Below, piece by piece: positions 1-9,166 of a DNA stretch of 64,000 nucleotides. Each line of letters opens with the position of its first letter. Position 1 is the first letter of the stretch. A program made the position numbers and the translations under genes. The stretch comes from a virus. Under the pieces are notes generated by a model, which was given only the letters and a program-made list of their open reading frames with translations, did no database searches and had not been told where the DNA came from. The DNA is taken from IMG/VR virus record IMGVR_UViG_2529292698_000003, one strand, 5' to 3'.

Positions 1-238
1 CATTTTTATCTCCAATCAATAGATCATCATAGTTGATTTTAGATACAATAAGAGATTTCATTAATTTATCAAGTACTGTTCCTTTTTGAATATATGATTG
101 GTTTGTAAGGATATCTTCTTCCTTAGCTGTCATATATTTCATTTCAAGTGTTCCTTTTGCTAATTCGGATCCTTCAGGGTAAAGTAAACCTTTAGATGGA
201 AGTTCAATAACTTCAGTAGGTAATTTAAATTCGCTCAT
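1..238 (-). CDS. Baseplate hub assembly protein, T4 gp26-like (runs off the left edge; not in ORF track)
   Basis: Manual translation from ATG at 238: MSEFKLPTEVIELPSKGLLYPEGSELAKGTLEMKYMTAKEEDIL..., matching the LPS.G..Y / MTAKEEDIL pattern of gp26-like proteins; next to the tail tube gene. Confidence 0.75.
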   Translation of the reverse strand, partial: MSEFKLPTEVIELPSKGLLYPEGSELAKGTLEMKYMTAKEEDILTNQSYIQKGTVLDKLMKSLIVSKINYDDLLIGDKN

Positions 239-270
239 AATTTTTATTTAATTGTAACTATATTGTTATA

Positions 271-278
271 TATAAATA
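271..278 (-). promoter_or_regulatory. Putative late-promoter motif (sense TATTTATA; TATAAATA on +)
   Basis: Exact TATAAATA on + in the gaps upstream of minus-strand genes at 271, 1228, 2985, 4735, 5823, 8692, 10424, 11007, 14420, 15144, 22173, 24095, 27287, 36832, 43873, 48769, 50830, 58515 and 61272. Confidence 0.65.
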
Positions 279-650
279 TTACAAAGAGGAGTCTTTGATG
301 AATTAATTAATAATTTTTACCTTGTGTACTAAAAAGATCAAAATCTTTGTACACTTTAGATTCTAGTTTGTCGACTCGAGAGTCGGTGTGTCGAACAACT
401 TGTTCTTCAACACGGTTAATTTGTTCATATAAATCATTTCGGTAGCGTTCTACCTCATAATGTAATTCTCTAACGTTAGCATCTAACTCTCGTTGAGTGT
501 TTTCCGTTTGTTTACGGATAATATTCATAGTCTTTAAGACCAAAAACGTTCCTACAACAAGTAATAAATCAATCACTGCAAGAACACCTAGAGTAAAAGA
601 TAGTGTTTCCATAGTTTTATTTATATTATATCAAAGAACTCCTCTTGTAA
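279..650. repeat. Imperfect ~21-bp inverted repeat pair flanking the 101-aa ORF
   Basis: 279-299 TTACAAAGAGGAGTCTTTGAT versus the reverse complement of 630-650 TTACAAGAGGAGTTCTTTGAT (20 of 22 aligned columns). Confidence 0.7.
307..612 (-). CDS. Hypothetical membrane-anchored coiled-coil protein
   Basis: N-terminal hydrophobic helix (FTLGVLAVIDLLLVVGTFLVL) followed by a charged helical region. Confidence 0.7.
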   Translation of the reverse strand: METLSFTLGVLAVIDLLLVVGTFLVLKTMNIIRKQTENTQRELDANVRELHYEVERYRNDLYEQINRVEEQVVRHTDSRVDKLESKVYKDFDLFSTQGKNY

Positions 651-661
651 TAATATAATAT

Positions 662-689
662 AAAAAAAGAGCTTGGCAACGCCAAGCTC
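662..689 (-). terminator. Rho-independent terminator after the tail tube gene
   Basis: 9-bp stem GAGCTTGGC/GCCAAGCTC, 3-nt loop, T7 tract on the minus strand. Confidence 0.85.
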
Positions 690-714
690 AAATTTAAATT
701 TATCTAAACTTTTA

Positions 715-1203
715 TTAGTAATTCAAAATACAATAATCTGGTTGTACAGTCATTGTGATGTTTACAGCAGTACCATCATCATCCCAGTTATACTCTCCAA
801 ATGTTGCGTTAGTGATTAATGCTCCTTTAACAATCCATTCAGAAACAATATCTCCAACAGGTCCTACAACATTAAATGTTAGATCCTTTTTATAGAAATC
901 AGAGTAACCATCTCTACCTGTTACAGATTCGTGATGTAAACGTACCCATTCCATTACTGCTTGAGCACCAGAAGGGGTGATTGGGTCAAATAATGTGAAT
1001 TGGATTGTACCCCATTTTGTTTTACCCTTAACATAACGTTGTACGTTAATATGGTTAAGAGCAACTGCTGTTTGGTCTAATGTTACAGCTCCCATTCCTT
1101 TTACTAAATATGATGGGATACCATCAATGTATAGGATGAACCTGTTGGTTTGCTTTGGTTCAAAAGCTGTGTAAAATATTTCGTTTGGATCTAATACTGC
1201 CAT
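715..1203 (-). CDS. gp19: Tail tube protein (T4 gp19-like)
   Basis: 162 aa; FEPKQTNRF..., DPITPSGAQAVMEW, YKKDLTFNVVGPVGDIVSEW pattern; directly downstream of the sheath genes. Confidence 0.85.
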   Translation of the reverse strand: MAVLDPNEIFYTAFEPKQTNRFILYIDGIPSYLVKGMGAVTLDQTAVALNHINVQRYVKGKTKWGTIQFTLFDPITPSGAQAVMEWVRLHHESVTGRDGYSDFYKKDLTFNVVGPVGDIVSEWIVKGALITNATFGEYNWDDDGTAVNITMTVQPDYCILNY

Positions 1204-1251
1204 TTTCTGTTATATTAATGTTCTAGTTATAAATATTAGCTATTCTAATTT

Positions 1252-2961
1252 TTAAGCAGGAAACTCAGCTCCTGTTGGTTGTAAAATAAAATCTAGGTTG
1301 ATAAATTCTGCTGTTCGTGTTGGTTGAATGTAAATTTGGCCTACTAATTGGTTTCTATCAATTACATCAGGTGTATTTAATGTATCATCCATAATCACTT
1401 TAAACGCATATAATCCTTGTTTTTGTTTAATATCTTCTAAATAAGGGTTTACTGTTGCTAAGAATTTATTTCTAGTAGTGATTGAGTTTTGTTCAAATAC
1501 TAAGTTATCTGCTGTTTGACCAATAAATGATTTTAATTCAATTAATAATCTTCTAACATTTACTCTATCAAGTGCAGATGCATCTTTTTGGAGTGTTTTT
1601 TGTCCAAATACTACAATTCCTTTTCTAGGGAAAGTTGCAATTGGGTTAATATTGTTAGCATATAATTCATCTCGGTTTGCTTGAGATAATTTATTTTTAG
1701 CTCTAAGTACAGATCCTAAACCACCTCTGTTAATACCTGCTGGGGCAAACCAAGGTGCAGCTACTTTATCTGTGTTAGCATAAACTCCTCCAATCATTGT
1801 TGAAGCAGGAACCCATACTCTTTTACCTGTTTCTGGGTCTTGGATTCGTAACCAAGGCCAATAAGTAGCAGCATATGAATTATCTCTAGTTTGAGCTTGA
1901 GTTACAGCTTCAGCTAATGTTCCATCATATCCAACCATATCAACTACATAAATATTATCTCCACGTAATTGTGTGTTTGTGATAATTGAACTAATTACAC
2001 CTGTATGTGTAGCAGCTGAGTTTAATAATCCTGGGGTAAGTAAGGTATTAAATGAGTAATCATCTTTGTTTGAAAGGAGATTAACCATATTAGTATAGTT
2101 ACCTGAAGTTAATCCTTGAGTATCTGTATTGTCTATGTTTTCGTAAAAATTAGCTCCTCCTTTTACATCACCTGTTGCTCCACTAAATGAACCAGACCCA
2201 TTTTGTGGAATAGAAGCCGTATATGCTGAAACTGCTACTCCAGAATTATCTAAGTAATTAGGTGTTGGGGTTACATTTTTAACTCGTACATATCTTGAAT
2301 TATTAGGGAATGAACCACTAACAATATCTACTTGGTTTTCTGTTGAGTTATAAGAAACTACTTGATCTCCTATCACACTTGAAATAAATCGTGGAGAATT
2401 TGGATCTAAACTTACATTTGTAAATGATTCAATAACAACTTTTTTATTTGTTCTATCATTACCCTGACGAATTAATACATTAAATGTACCTGATCCTGTG
2501 TTTGAGTTTGTAATTTCCCATCTAACATTATCTAAAGATCCTGAAACTAAAGATCCATCAGCATTTAGTGCTCCTGAGTTATTCATGATAATTCCTTCAG
2601 AAAGGGTTTCTAAGGCAAATGAAGAAGAGGTAGCATCAATATAGTTTGAAATTGTTGTTGAAGTTGCAGAAGTATATGATCCTGTCACTACTCTAGCTAC
2701 TAAAAGTGATTCGCCTCCATTATTAAAATAATTATATGCTGCAATTGATGTTAAATATGAATAAGTATCACTTCCACTTATAAGTGAACCCCCAAATCTA
2801 TTTTTATAATCTGAATATGAGGTTACAACTATTGGAATTTCTACTGGTCCTTTAACTGTTGGTCCTATGATTGCTGCTCCTACTTTAACAGGAATAGGAG
2901 AAATAAATGTATTATCTATTTCATTAAGAGATACTCCTGGTGATGTTAAAAAGTTTGCCAT
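1252..2961 (-). CDS. gp18: Tail sheath protein, paralog 1
   Basis: N-terminal SPGV..E.D; C-terminal WFAPAG.NRG, INPIATFP, VFGQKTLQ, ALDRVNVRRLL, IDRNQLVG.IYIQPTRTAEFI sheath motifs. Confidence 0.95.
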   Translation of the reverse strand: MANFLTSPGVSLNEIDNTFISPIPVKVGAAIIGPTVKGPVEIPIVVTSYSDYKNRFGGSLISGSDTYSYLTSIAAYNYFNNGGESLLVARVVTGSYTSATSTTISNYIDATSSSFALETLSEGIIMNNSGALNADGSLVSGSLDNVRWEITNSNTGSGTFNVLIRQGNDRTNKKVVIESFTNVSLDPNSPRFISSVIGDQVVSYNSTENQVDIVSGSFPNNSRYVRVKNVTPTPNYLDNSGVAVSAYTASIPQNGSGSFSGATGDVKGGANFYENIDNTDTQGLTSGNYTNMVNLLSNKDDYSFNTLLTPGLLNSAATHTGVISSIITNTQLRGDNIYVVDMVGYDGTLAEAVTQAQTRDNSYAATYWPWLRIQDPETGKRVWVPASTMIGGVYANTDKVAAPWFAPAGINRGGLGSVLRAKNKLSQANRDELYANNINPIATFPRKGIVVFGQKTLQKDASALDRVNVRRLLIELKSFIGQTADNLVFEQNSITTRNKFLATVNPYLEDIKQKQGLYAFKVIMDDTLNTPDVIDRNQLVGQIYIQPTRTAEFINLDFILQPTGAEFPA

Positions 2962-3000
2962 TTTATATTAGTGATTAATTTTATTATAAATATTGGTTTT

Positions 3001-4719
3001 TTATTCAAAAGTTACTCCTGTTTGTGTAACATTAAAATCTAATACTATAAATTCAGCTGTTCTTACAGGTTGGAGATATATGGCACCAACAAGTTGGTTA
3101 TTATCAATTACAGTTGGTGTATTATTAGTTTCATCCATTACTACTCTATACGTGTATAAACCTTGTCTTTGTTGAACAGATGATAAATAAGGATTTACTT
3201 GAGATGTAAAATCGTTACGTGTTGCTACAGTATTTTGTTCAAATACTAATGAATCTGCAATTTGTTTTATAGTAGATTTTAATTCTATTAATAAACGACG
3301 TACATTTACTCTATCTAAAGCACTTTTCTTTTTCTGAAGTGTTTTTTGTCCAAATACTGTTACTCCTGAGTTAGGGAAAGTAGCAATTGGGTTGATATTT
3401 GCTTCATATAAAGTATCTCTATTTCCTTGGGTTAAAATTCTTTCTGCTTTAATTACTGTAGGTAAAGTTCCACGAGTAATTCCTGCTGGTGCTATCCAAG
3501 GTTCTGAAATTGAATCTGTAAAAGCATAGATACTTGGCACCATTGTTGAAGCAGGTACCCAAACTTGTTGTCCCGTATTAGGATCTAAGGTTTGTAACCA
3601 AGGCCAATAAGTAGAAGAGTATGAATTGTTTACAGTAGATGCTTCACTTACTACTTCCGATATATTAGCGTTGTAATCTAACATATCTACTATAGCCATA
3701 GTATCACCTCTTTCTTGACATTTTGTAATTAAAGAATTTACTACAGAAGCATGAGAAGCAAAATCTCTAACCAATCCAGGTGTTGAAATATATTTAAATT
3801 GATATTCGTCTTTATTAGAAAGAAGATTTATTGCTTGTGTATAGTCTGAAGCTATTAAACCTTGTGAGTTAGTATTAGTTATATTATCATAGTATTTTCC
3901 TTCTGTTGCTGGGATATTAGTTCCTGTTGCACTACCAAATGAACCACTTGAAGCTATTGGAATTGATGAAGTAAAGGCAGATACTGGGTCTCCTGAATTG
4001 TCTATATAATAAGGGGTTTTTCTGTTTACTTGTTTAACTCTTATATATCTAGATTGGTTTTGATAATTACCAGAGAGTTGAAGAAAGGTATCAGAGCCAT
4101 CAGTTGCTATAGTTGTGGTTTGATTACCTATGACTTTTTCAATATAATTAGGGGTTGTTGGATCTAGTGTTAAATTATCCCATGTTTCTAATACCACAGG
4201 AGAAATTCTATCATCATCTCCTCTACGAACTAGTAAAGTAAAAGTACCTGAAGAGGTGTTAGGGGAGACGATTTGCCATCTTATATTATCTGAGGAGCCT
4301 GAAGGGAGGGAATTATCTGCATTTTCTGTAGAATCACTATTCATAATTATCCCTTCAGATAATGTTTCAAGTTCAAATATTGTACCTAATGTTCCATCAC
4401 TACCAGAAATGAATGAGCTAGTAGCAGGTGTAAATGAACCACTTGTAACACGTGTTACTAACAATGAAGTTCCTCCTCTATTAAAGTAATTATATGCTGA
4501 AATTGAAGTAAAATAAGTATAGTTTTGGCTTCCACTAATAAAAGAAGTACCAAACTTATTTACATATTCAGAATAAGTTGTTACAATTGTTGGTCTTTCA
4601 ACAGGTCCTTTTACTGTAGGACCAATGATAGCAGCCCCAGCTTCAATAGGTTGTTGAGTAATAAATGATTGATCATTTTCAACAGTTAATACTCCAGGGG
4701 ATAATATAGTTTCAGCCAT
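3001..4719 (-). CDS. gp18: Tail sheath protein, paralog 2
   Basis: Same sheath motifs (SPGV, APAG, INPIATFP, FGQKTLQ, ALDRVNVRRLL, QPVRTAEFI). Confidence 0.95.
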   Translation of the reverse strand: MAETILSPGVLTVENDQSFITQQPIEAGAAIIGPTVKGPVERPTIVTTYSEYVNKFGTSFISGSQNYTYFTSISAYNYFNRGGTSLLVTRVTSGSFTPATSSFISGSDGTLGTIFELETLSEGIIMNSDSTENADNSLPSGSSDNIRWQIVSPNTSSGTFTLLVRRGDDDRISPVVLETWDNLTLDPTTPNYIEKVIGNQTTTIATDGSDTFLQLSGNYQNQSRYIRVKQVNRKTPYYIDNSGDPVSAFTSSIPIASSGSFGSATGTNIPATEGKYYDNITNTNSQGLIASDYTQAINLLSNKDEYQFKYISTPGLVRDFASHASVVNSLITKCQERGDTMAIVDMLDYNANISEVVSEASTVNNSYSSTYWPWLQTLDPNTGQQVWVPASTMVPSIYAFTDSISEPWIAPAGITRGTLPTVIKAERILTQGNRDTLYEANINPIATFPNSGVTVFGQKTLQKKKSALDRVNVRRLLIELKSTIKQIADSLVFEQNTVATRNDFTSQVNPYLSSVQQRQGLYTYRVVMDETNNTPTVIDNNQLVGAIYLQPVRTAEFIVLDFNVTQTGVTFE

Positions 4720-4743
4720 TTAATGTATTTTATTTATAAATAT

Positions 4744-5016
4744 TTAAGAGTTTTGGTCTATTTTAGAAAACTCACCTGTTTCGACATTTAATGAAATATC
4801 GCCATATTTTTCTTTTATAGATTTTGTGAAAGATAGTTCTTTTGTTTGAGTTTCTTTTAGAGTTTTTTTAACATTTTCGTATCTTTCTTCTATTTGTATT
4901 TTAATAATTTCAATTTCACCTAATTCAAATTGGAGGTTTTGAAAGTCTTGTTGTAATAAACGTAATGTTTCTAATTCCTCTTTAGTTAAAACATTTTTTT
5001 CTGTAACAATTGGCAT
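4744..5016 (-). CDS. Hypothetical coiled-coil protein (possible tail assembly chaperone)
   Basis: 90 aa helical protein ending KYGDISLNVETGEF; lies between fibre and sheath genes. Confidence 0.6.
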   Translation of the reverse strand: MPIVTEKNVLTKEELETLRLLQQDFQNLQFELGEIEIIKIQIEERYENVKKTLKETQTKELSFTKSIKEKYGDISLNVETGEFSKIDQNS

Positions 5017-5046
5017 ATTTTTTATTTTTATAAATTTAAAATTTAA

Positions 5047-5811
5047 TTAACTTACTGTCCATTCACTTCCTGTTGATGTGTATATTTGTACATTCCAACC
5101 TGATGAATATCCAGTTAATTCAATCTTAGTATCAGGATATGGTTTTCCAGCATTTGATTGGATTAGAAATGAAGAAGATACAAATTGGCCTGTTCCTCCT
5201 TGGGCACCTAAAATATTTCCATACATCTTTCCAGCAGTTTGTTGTAATCTAAAATCAGCACTTGCTCCAGGAGTAGGATTTGTGAATAAAATAGTATATT
5301 TTGTTGGAATTAAAGGAGTAGTATCTAAAGACAATCTAACATCATTTACCCCATCTTGTCCTAAATCTACTAATAGAGTCCCTCCAGCATAAACAACATT
5401 CTCGATTGCAGTATTTACTGCTGAGCTATTGTCTACAGATGTGTATGGAGAATAAAAGTTATCTCCATTAAATGCTACACTTCCTGTTACTATTAAACTA
5501 CCTGAGATTATGGCTGATCCTGTATATGGGAAAGAAGCACCTCCCTCTCCTGCATTTAAGGCATATGAAGCAGTAATAGCATGAGATGAAGTAGTTGCAT
5601 AAGATGAAGAAATTGCTGTTTGTGATAGTAGAGCATTTGTTGAATATGATGCTGTACCATTCATTGTTGTTCCACTTCCTAAAATTAAGGAACCTGATAT
5701 AGTAATATCATAGGCTTCAGTGCCTGTAAAAGCATCTATAGATTGGGTCACATGCCATGTTTCGACAGTATTTCCTGTGGTTATTCCGATTTTTGATAGA
5801 GTGCTAGCCAT
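5047..5811 (-). CDS. Putative structural / fibre-associated protein
   Basis: Ser/Thr/Gly-rich, with ITISGSL, SYATTSSHAITASYALN and FPYTGSAIISGSL repeats shared with neighbouring fibre genes. Confidence 0.6.
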   Translation of the reverse strand: MASTLSKIGITTGNTVETWHVTQSIDAFTGTEAYDITISGSLILGSGTTMNGTASYSTNALLSQTAISSSYATTSSHAITASYALNAGEGGASFPYTGSAIISGSLIVTGSVAFNGDNFYSPYTSVDNSSAVNTAIENVVYAGGTLLVDLGQDGVNDVRLSLDTTPLIPTKYTILFTNPTPGASADFRLQQTAGKMYGNILGAQGGTGQFVSSSFLIQSNAGKPYPDTKIELTGYSSGWNVQIYTSTGSEWTVS

Positions 5812-5849
5812 TTATTTTTTATTATAAATATTAAAGATATTTGAATGTA

Positions 5850-6077
5850 TTATAAATCTAAAATATTTTTTAATTGTTGGATTTGTTCTAGTGTTAAGTT
5901 TGTGAAATCTAAATTACTCATATTGGTATCTGAGTTTATATTTGGATCTTCAAAAACAATTTCCCTAGATATTCTATTTTCAATAGTTGCCTGTTCTTCA
6001 GTTTGACAATCATGTACATCTACATGCCAACTATCTTGACCATTTCCTTGTAATTTGTATGTATATTTTGTTATCAT
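5850..6077 (-). CDS. Hypothetical protein (possible fibre chaperone)
   Basis: 75 aa, coupled to the fibre gene stop. Confidence 0.55.
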   Translation of the reverse strand: MITKYTYKLQGNGQDSWHVDVHDCQTEEQATIENRISREIVFEDPNINSDTNMSNLDFTNLTLEQIQQLKNILDL

Positions 6078-8623
6078 TATAGTTCTAATTTAATTCCTAC
6101 TCTAAATTGTACTGCAGTTGGGTTAGTGGTAAAAGTAGGGGTCTCTATGTTTACGAAAGTTCTACCAGCATTAATAGATATTGATAAACCTGTAATTATA
6201 AATTCTTGATGTCTGCTAGTTGCAGTTACAGTCGATGACAATGTGTTACTTGTTGCTCCACCATCGGATAAAAAATTAACTGTTATATTTTCACCACTAG
6301 CAAATGTACTAGCATTATAAACTCCAATATAAGCTTCTGTTATTGTTCCTGATGGGAGGGGTATATGAGCAACTGCATTCACACTGGTTTGTAAACTTGT
6401 CATTTGTCCAAGACGATAAGTAGCATTATCTGCTAATGAAGAATTGCTAACATTAAAATATGAGAATGCAAGAGCGGTAGATCCACCTGTATTTAAAGCG
6501 TGAGATGCTGTTACAGCATATGATGAACTTATAATACCTGTGATTCCACTACCATCTCCATAATATGATCCAGTATAAGAAGAAGCAGTCACTCCACTTT
6601 GGACCTCTAAAGAACCTCCTATACCTACATCACCTGCAGCATCTATTGTAATTCTATCTGTAAGTGTTCCACCTACACGGGTTCTTAATCCAAATTTAGA
6701 GTCACCATCAGTACCGTCTGCTTGGAATCCAAAGAATCCTGATTGGATATAGGTACTACCATCATAAGCAAAAGCATTTACTGCCCCAATATAATCATTA
6801 TTAGCAACTGAGGAAGAAGCTGCTGCCGTACCATGTGATTTGAAAAATCTTATATCAGGACCATCAGAAGTATCATCGTGTTGGGCTACTCTAACTTGTG
6901 CTTCTCCACTTGATTCACCAACTAAATCTAATTTTACTTGAGGAGTTGAGGTTCCAATACCTACCCTTTGATTAACCGTATCAATAGATAATAGATTAGA
7001 AGATGTAACTTGTGTGTTAGCTCCAACAATAAGGATTTCATTTTCAGCTCCTAAATTTCCAAGCTGTAATGCTGAACCTGTTATGTTACCATCTACATCT
7101 AAATCTCCATGGACTGTAAAACCATCCACCCCTGATGATGCAGTTGCAGCATATGAAGATGATGTTGCAGTATCTGCATTACCTTCTAAATCTCCTTGAA
7201 ATGATCCGGTAATTGTTATTCCATCCAATATGTTTGTGTTTTGCCATTCTGCTCCAGCCCAGTATAGTAGATCTCCAGTTGTAACTGATGATATGGTTAC
7301 ATCATTTAAGTCTCCTAAATTTGTAACAACTGGTGCACTAGCTGCCCCACCTGCCCCAGTAGTTCTAAATGCTCCTGCTTGGATAAATCTGGCATCATCT
7401 GTATCTGTTAAATCTGTTGCACCACTTTCTACTATTAAATATCCTAAAAATATTGCTTGGTTATTTGTGTTATCGTTTTCTTCAAATTCCTCAAAAGGGA
7501 GATTTTGAAGGGCTTGTGCTATTGTACCATATTGTTGTCTACCATAATAAACACCTAATGTGTCTGGTGATTTAGGGAAGAAAAATATTCGTTGGATTTG
7601 GAATTTATTAGGATCCATCGATGATAATCCAGTAGGAGTACTAGGAGTATTATAATTATCAGGATCTATTACTGTAGTTCCGGTTGTTGTTACAAACTCA
7701 GAACCAGATGCATAGTATCTAAATATTCCAGGAGCAGAAGCAGCTTCATCACTCATTAATGATGGATTATCAGGGTCAAATGCATAGTTTCTACCAACTG
7801 CAAATGAAGTACCTGCTGATCTATCTAATGATAGATTAGTACCATTTGCTGAGATTGTGTGTCCTGATATTTTAACTCCACCAAATGATCTTACAAATGT
7901 AAATAATTGTTGTGTTGCTGCGTAAGAGGGTTGAGTGAAAGATTTTACTAAGGTTATATTAGTTCGGTTGGGGTGTAAAACTACACCCACTTGTATGTTC
8001 TCTCTAAATTGAAGTTCTGTAGGAGATGAAGTTTGTTGTATCAAGTTACCACTACCATCAATGAGTAACCAAGTTGTATCAGCAACTGCTAAATTTGTAA
8101 TAGATTGACTAGTAAAATCACCCCACTTTACGTTATTAATAGTTGGGTATGGTCCTTCGCTAGCTGTAAAAGCGTTCATTGTTGTAATGATACCTTCCCC
8201 AGCAGCTACATCAAAGGTTGTTGTTCCAGGGGTTCCACTTACTATACCACCATATAATATCCCCGTATTAATATTACCTTCTAACCAACGTAAACGTGTT
8301 ACGTTATTGTATCCCCCACCATTTTGGGAGAAATATAGATCAGATGTTGAACCTGATACGTAAATATAGGATGCGGATATGTCTGTATCAATGTTTGTTG
8401 TTACTGGGTCAAATCTATGATATCCGTATGTTTGAATATCTCCAAATACTTGTAAAGCTGAGGGTGGTTCTCCTGGATTTGATCCTGATATGATCATGGT
8501 TCCATTTAATTCATGGGAACCTGTGTGGTTGAATGAACCTGTCAGTTCAATACCATCTGTTACTAATAATGAATTTAAAGCAGCATCAGAACCGCTTACT
8601 ATTACTTTTTTCCAATTTGGCAT
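6077..8623 (-). CDS. Tail fibre-like structural protein
   Basis: 848 aa, S/T/G-rich; LGDLNDVTISSVTTGDLLYW and RVGIGTSTPQVKLD fibre-type repeats. Confidence 0.75.
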   Translation of the reverse strand: MPNWKKVIVSGSDAALNSLLVTDGIELTGSFNHTGSHELNGTMIISGSNPGEPPSALQVFGDIQTYGYHRFDPVTTNIDTDISASYIYVSGSTSDLYFSQNGGGYNNVTRLRWLEGNINTGILYGGIVSGTPGTTTFDVAAGEGIITTMNAFTASEGPYPTINNVKWGDFTSQSITNLAVADTTWLLIDGSGNLIQQTSSPTELQFRENIQVGVVLHPNRTNITLVKSFTQPSYAATQQLFTFVRSFGGVKISGHTISANGTNLSLDRSAGTSFAVGRNYAFDPDNPSLMSDEAASAPGIFRYYASGSEFVTTTGTTVIDPDNYNTPSTPTGLSSMDPNKFQIQRIFFFPKSPDTLGVYYGRQQYGTIAQALQNLPFEEFEENDNTNNQAIFLGYLIVESGATDLTDTDDARFIQAGAFRTTGAGGAASAPVVTNLGDLNDVTISSVTTGDLLYWAGAEWQNTNILDGITITGSFQGDLEGNADTATSSSYAATASSGVDGFTVHGDLDVDGNITGSALQLGNLGAENEILIVGANTQVTSSNLLSIDTVNQRVGIGTSTPQVKLDLVGESSGEAQVRVAQHDDTSDGPDIRFFKSHGTAAASSSVANNDYIGAVNAFAYDGSTYIQSGFFGFQADGTDGDSKFGLRTRVGGTLTDRITIDAAGDVGIGGSLEVQSGVTASSYTGSYYGDGSGITGIISSSYAVTASHALNTGGSTALAFSYFNVSNSSLADNATYRLGQMTSLQTSVNAVAHIPLPSGTITEAYIGVYNASTFASGENITVNFLSDGGATSNTLSSTVTATSRHQEFIITGLSISINAGRTFVNIETPTFTTNPTAVQFRVGIKLEL

Positions 8624-8632
8624 ATAATTTTA

Positions 8633-8686
8633 ATTATGGTTGGTTACAACAAATGTGTGTTGCCCACTTCCCGTAAGGGCCAATAA
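8633..8686 (-). promoter_or_regulatory. GC-rich structured 5' leader candidate upstream of the fibre gene
   Basis: Minus strand TTATTGGCCCTTACGGGAAGTGGGCAACACACATTTGTTGTAACCAACCATAA with CCC/GGG, GCCC/GGGC and CAAC/GTTG pairings, between the late motif (8692) and ATG (8623). Confidence 0.4.
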
Positions 8687-8701
8687 TTTATTATAAATAT
8701 G

Positions 8702-8932
8702 TTATACTTTTGTTTTAGATCTAGTAGATTTTTTAATCTCTTTAATTCCGTCTGCCTTGATAGATTTTTCTTGTTCTAAAACTTGTTTTGCATCGTTTAA
8801 TTCTTGTTCAAGTTTTATTTGGAGTTGGGCTATAAATTGAGCAGAAGAACCTTTTATATCTATTACATTAAGTGATTGTCTCAATGTAGCAATTTCTTCT
8901 ATTGATAAATTTTCAATTGAAAATAAAACCAT
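8702..8932 (-). CDS. Hypothetical protein
   Basis: 76 aa helical ORF in the tail operon. Confidence 0.65.
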   Translation of the reverse strand: MVLFSIENLSIEEIATLRQSLNVIDIKGSSAQFIAQLQIKLEQELNDAKQVLEQEKSIKADGIKEIKKSTRSKTKV

Positions 8933-8934
8933 AA

Positions 8935-9141
8935 CTATTTAGTAATGTTTAAATATTGTTTTTGCAGTTTAACAACTAAATTATATAAATTCTCAATATC
9001 TTCTCCAAGGAAAGTTGATCTTTTTATTAAAGAAAGTAAAATCTCTATCTCTTGAAGGTTAAGTTGTTCAGGAGATAGAGATGTTTGAGAATTTAGTTGT
9101 GGTTGGTCTTTAATATTTAAATTGGTGGCTTTAAAACCCAT
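8935..9141 (-). CDS. Hypothetical protein (start revised to ATG 9141, MGFKATN...)
   Basis: The track ORF 8935..9237 overlaps the upstream gene; the internal ATG just after the 9167 stop is more plausible. Confidence 0.6.
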   Translation of the reverse strand: MGFKATNLNIKDQPQLNSQTSLSPEQLNLQEIEILLSLIKRSTFLGEDIENLYNLVVKLQKQYLNITK

Positions 9142-9166
9142 AACTTTTTTTAATATTTTATTTAAA

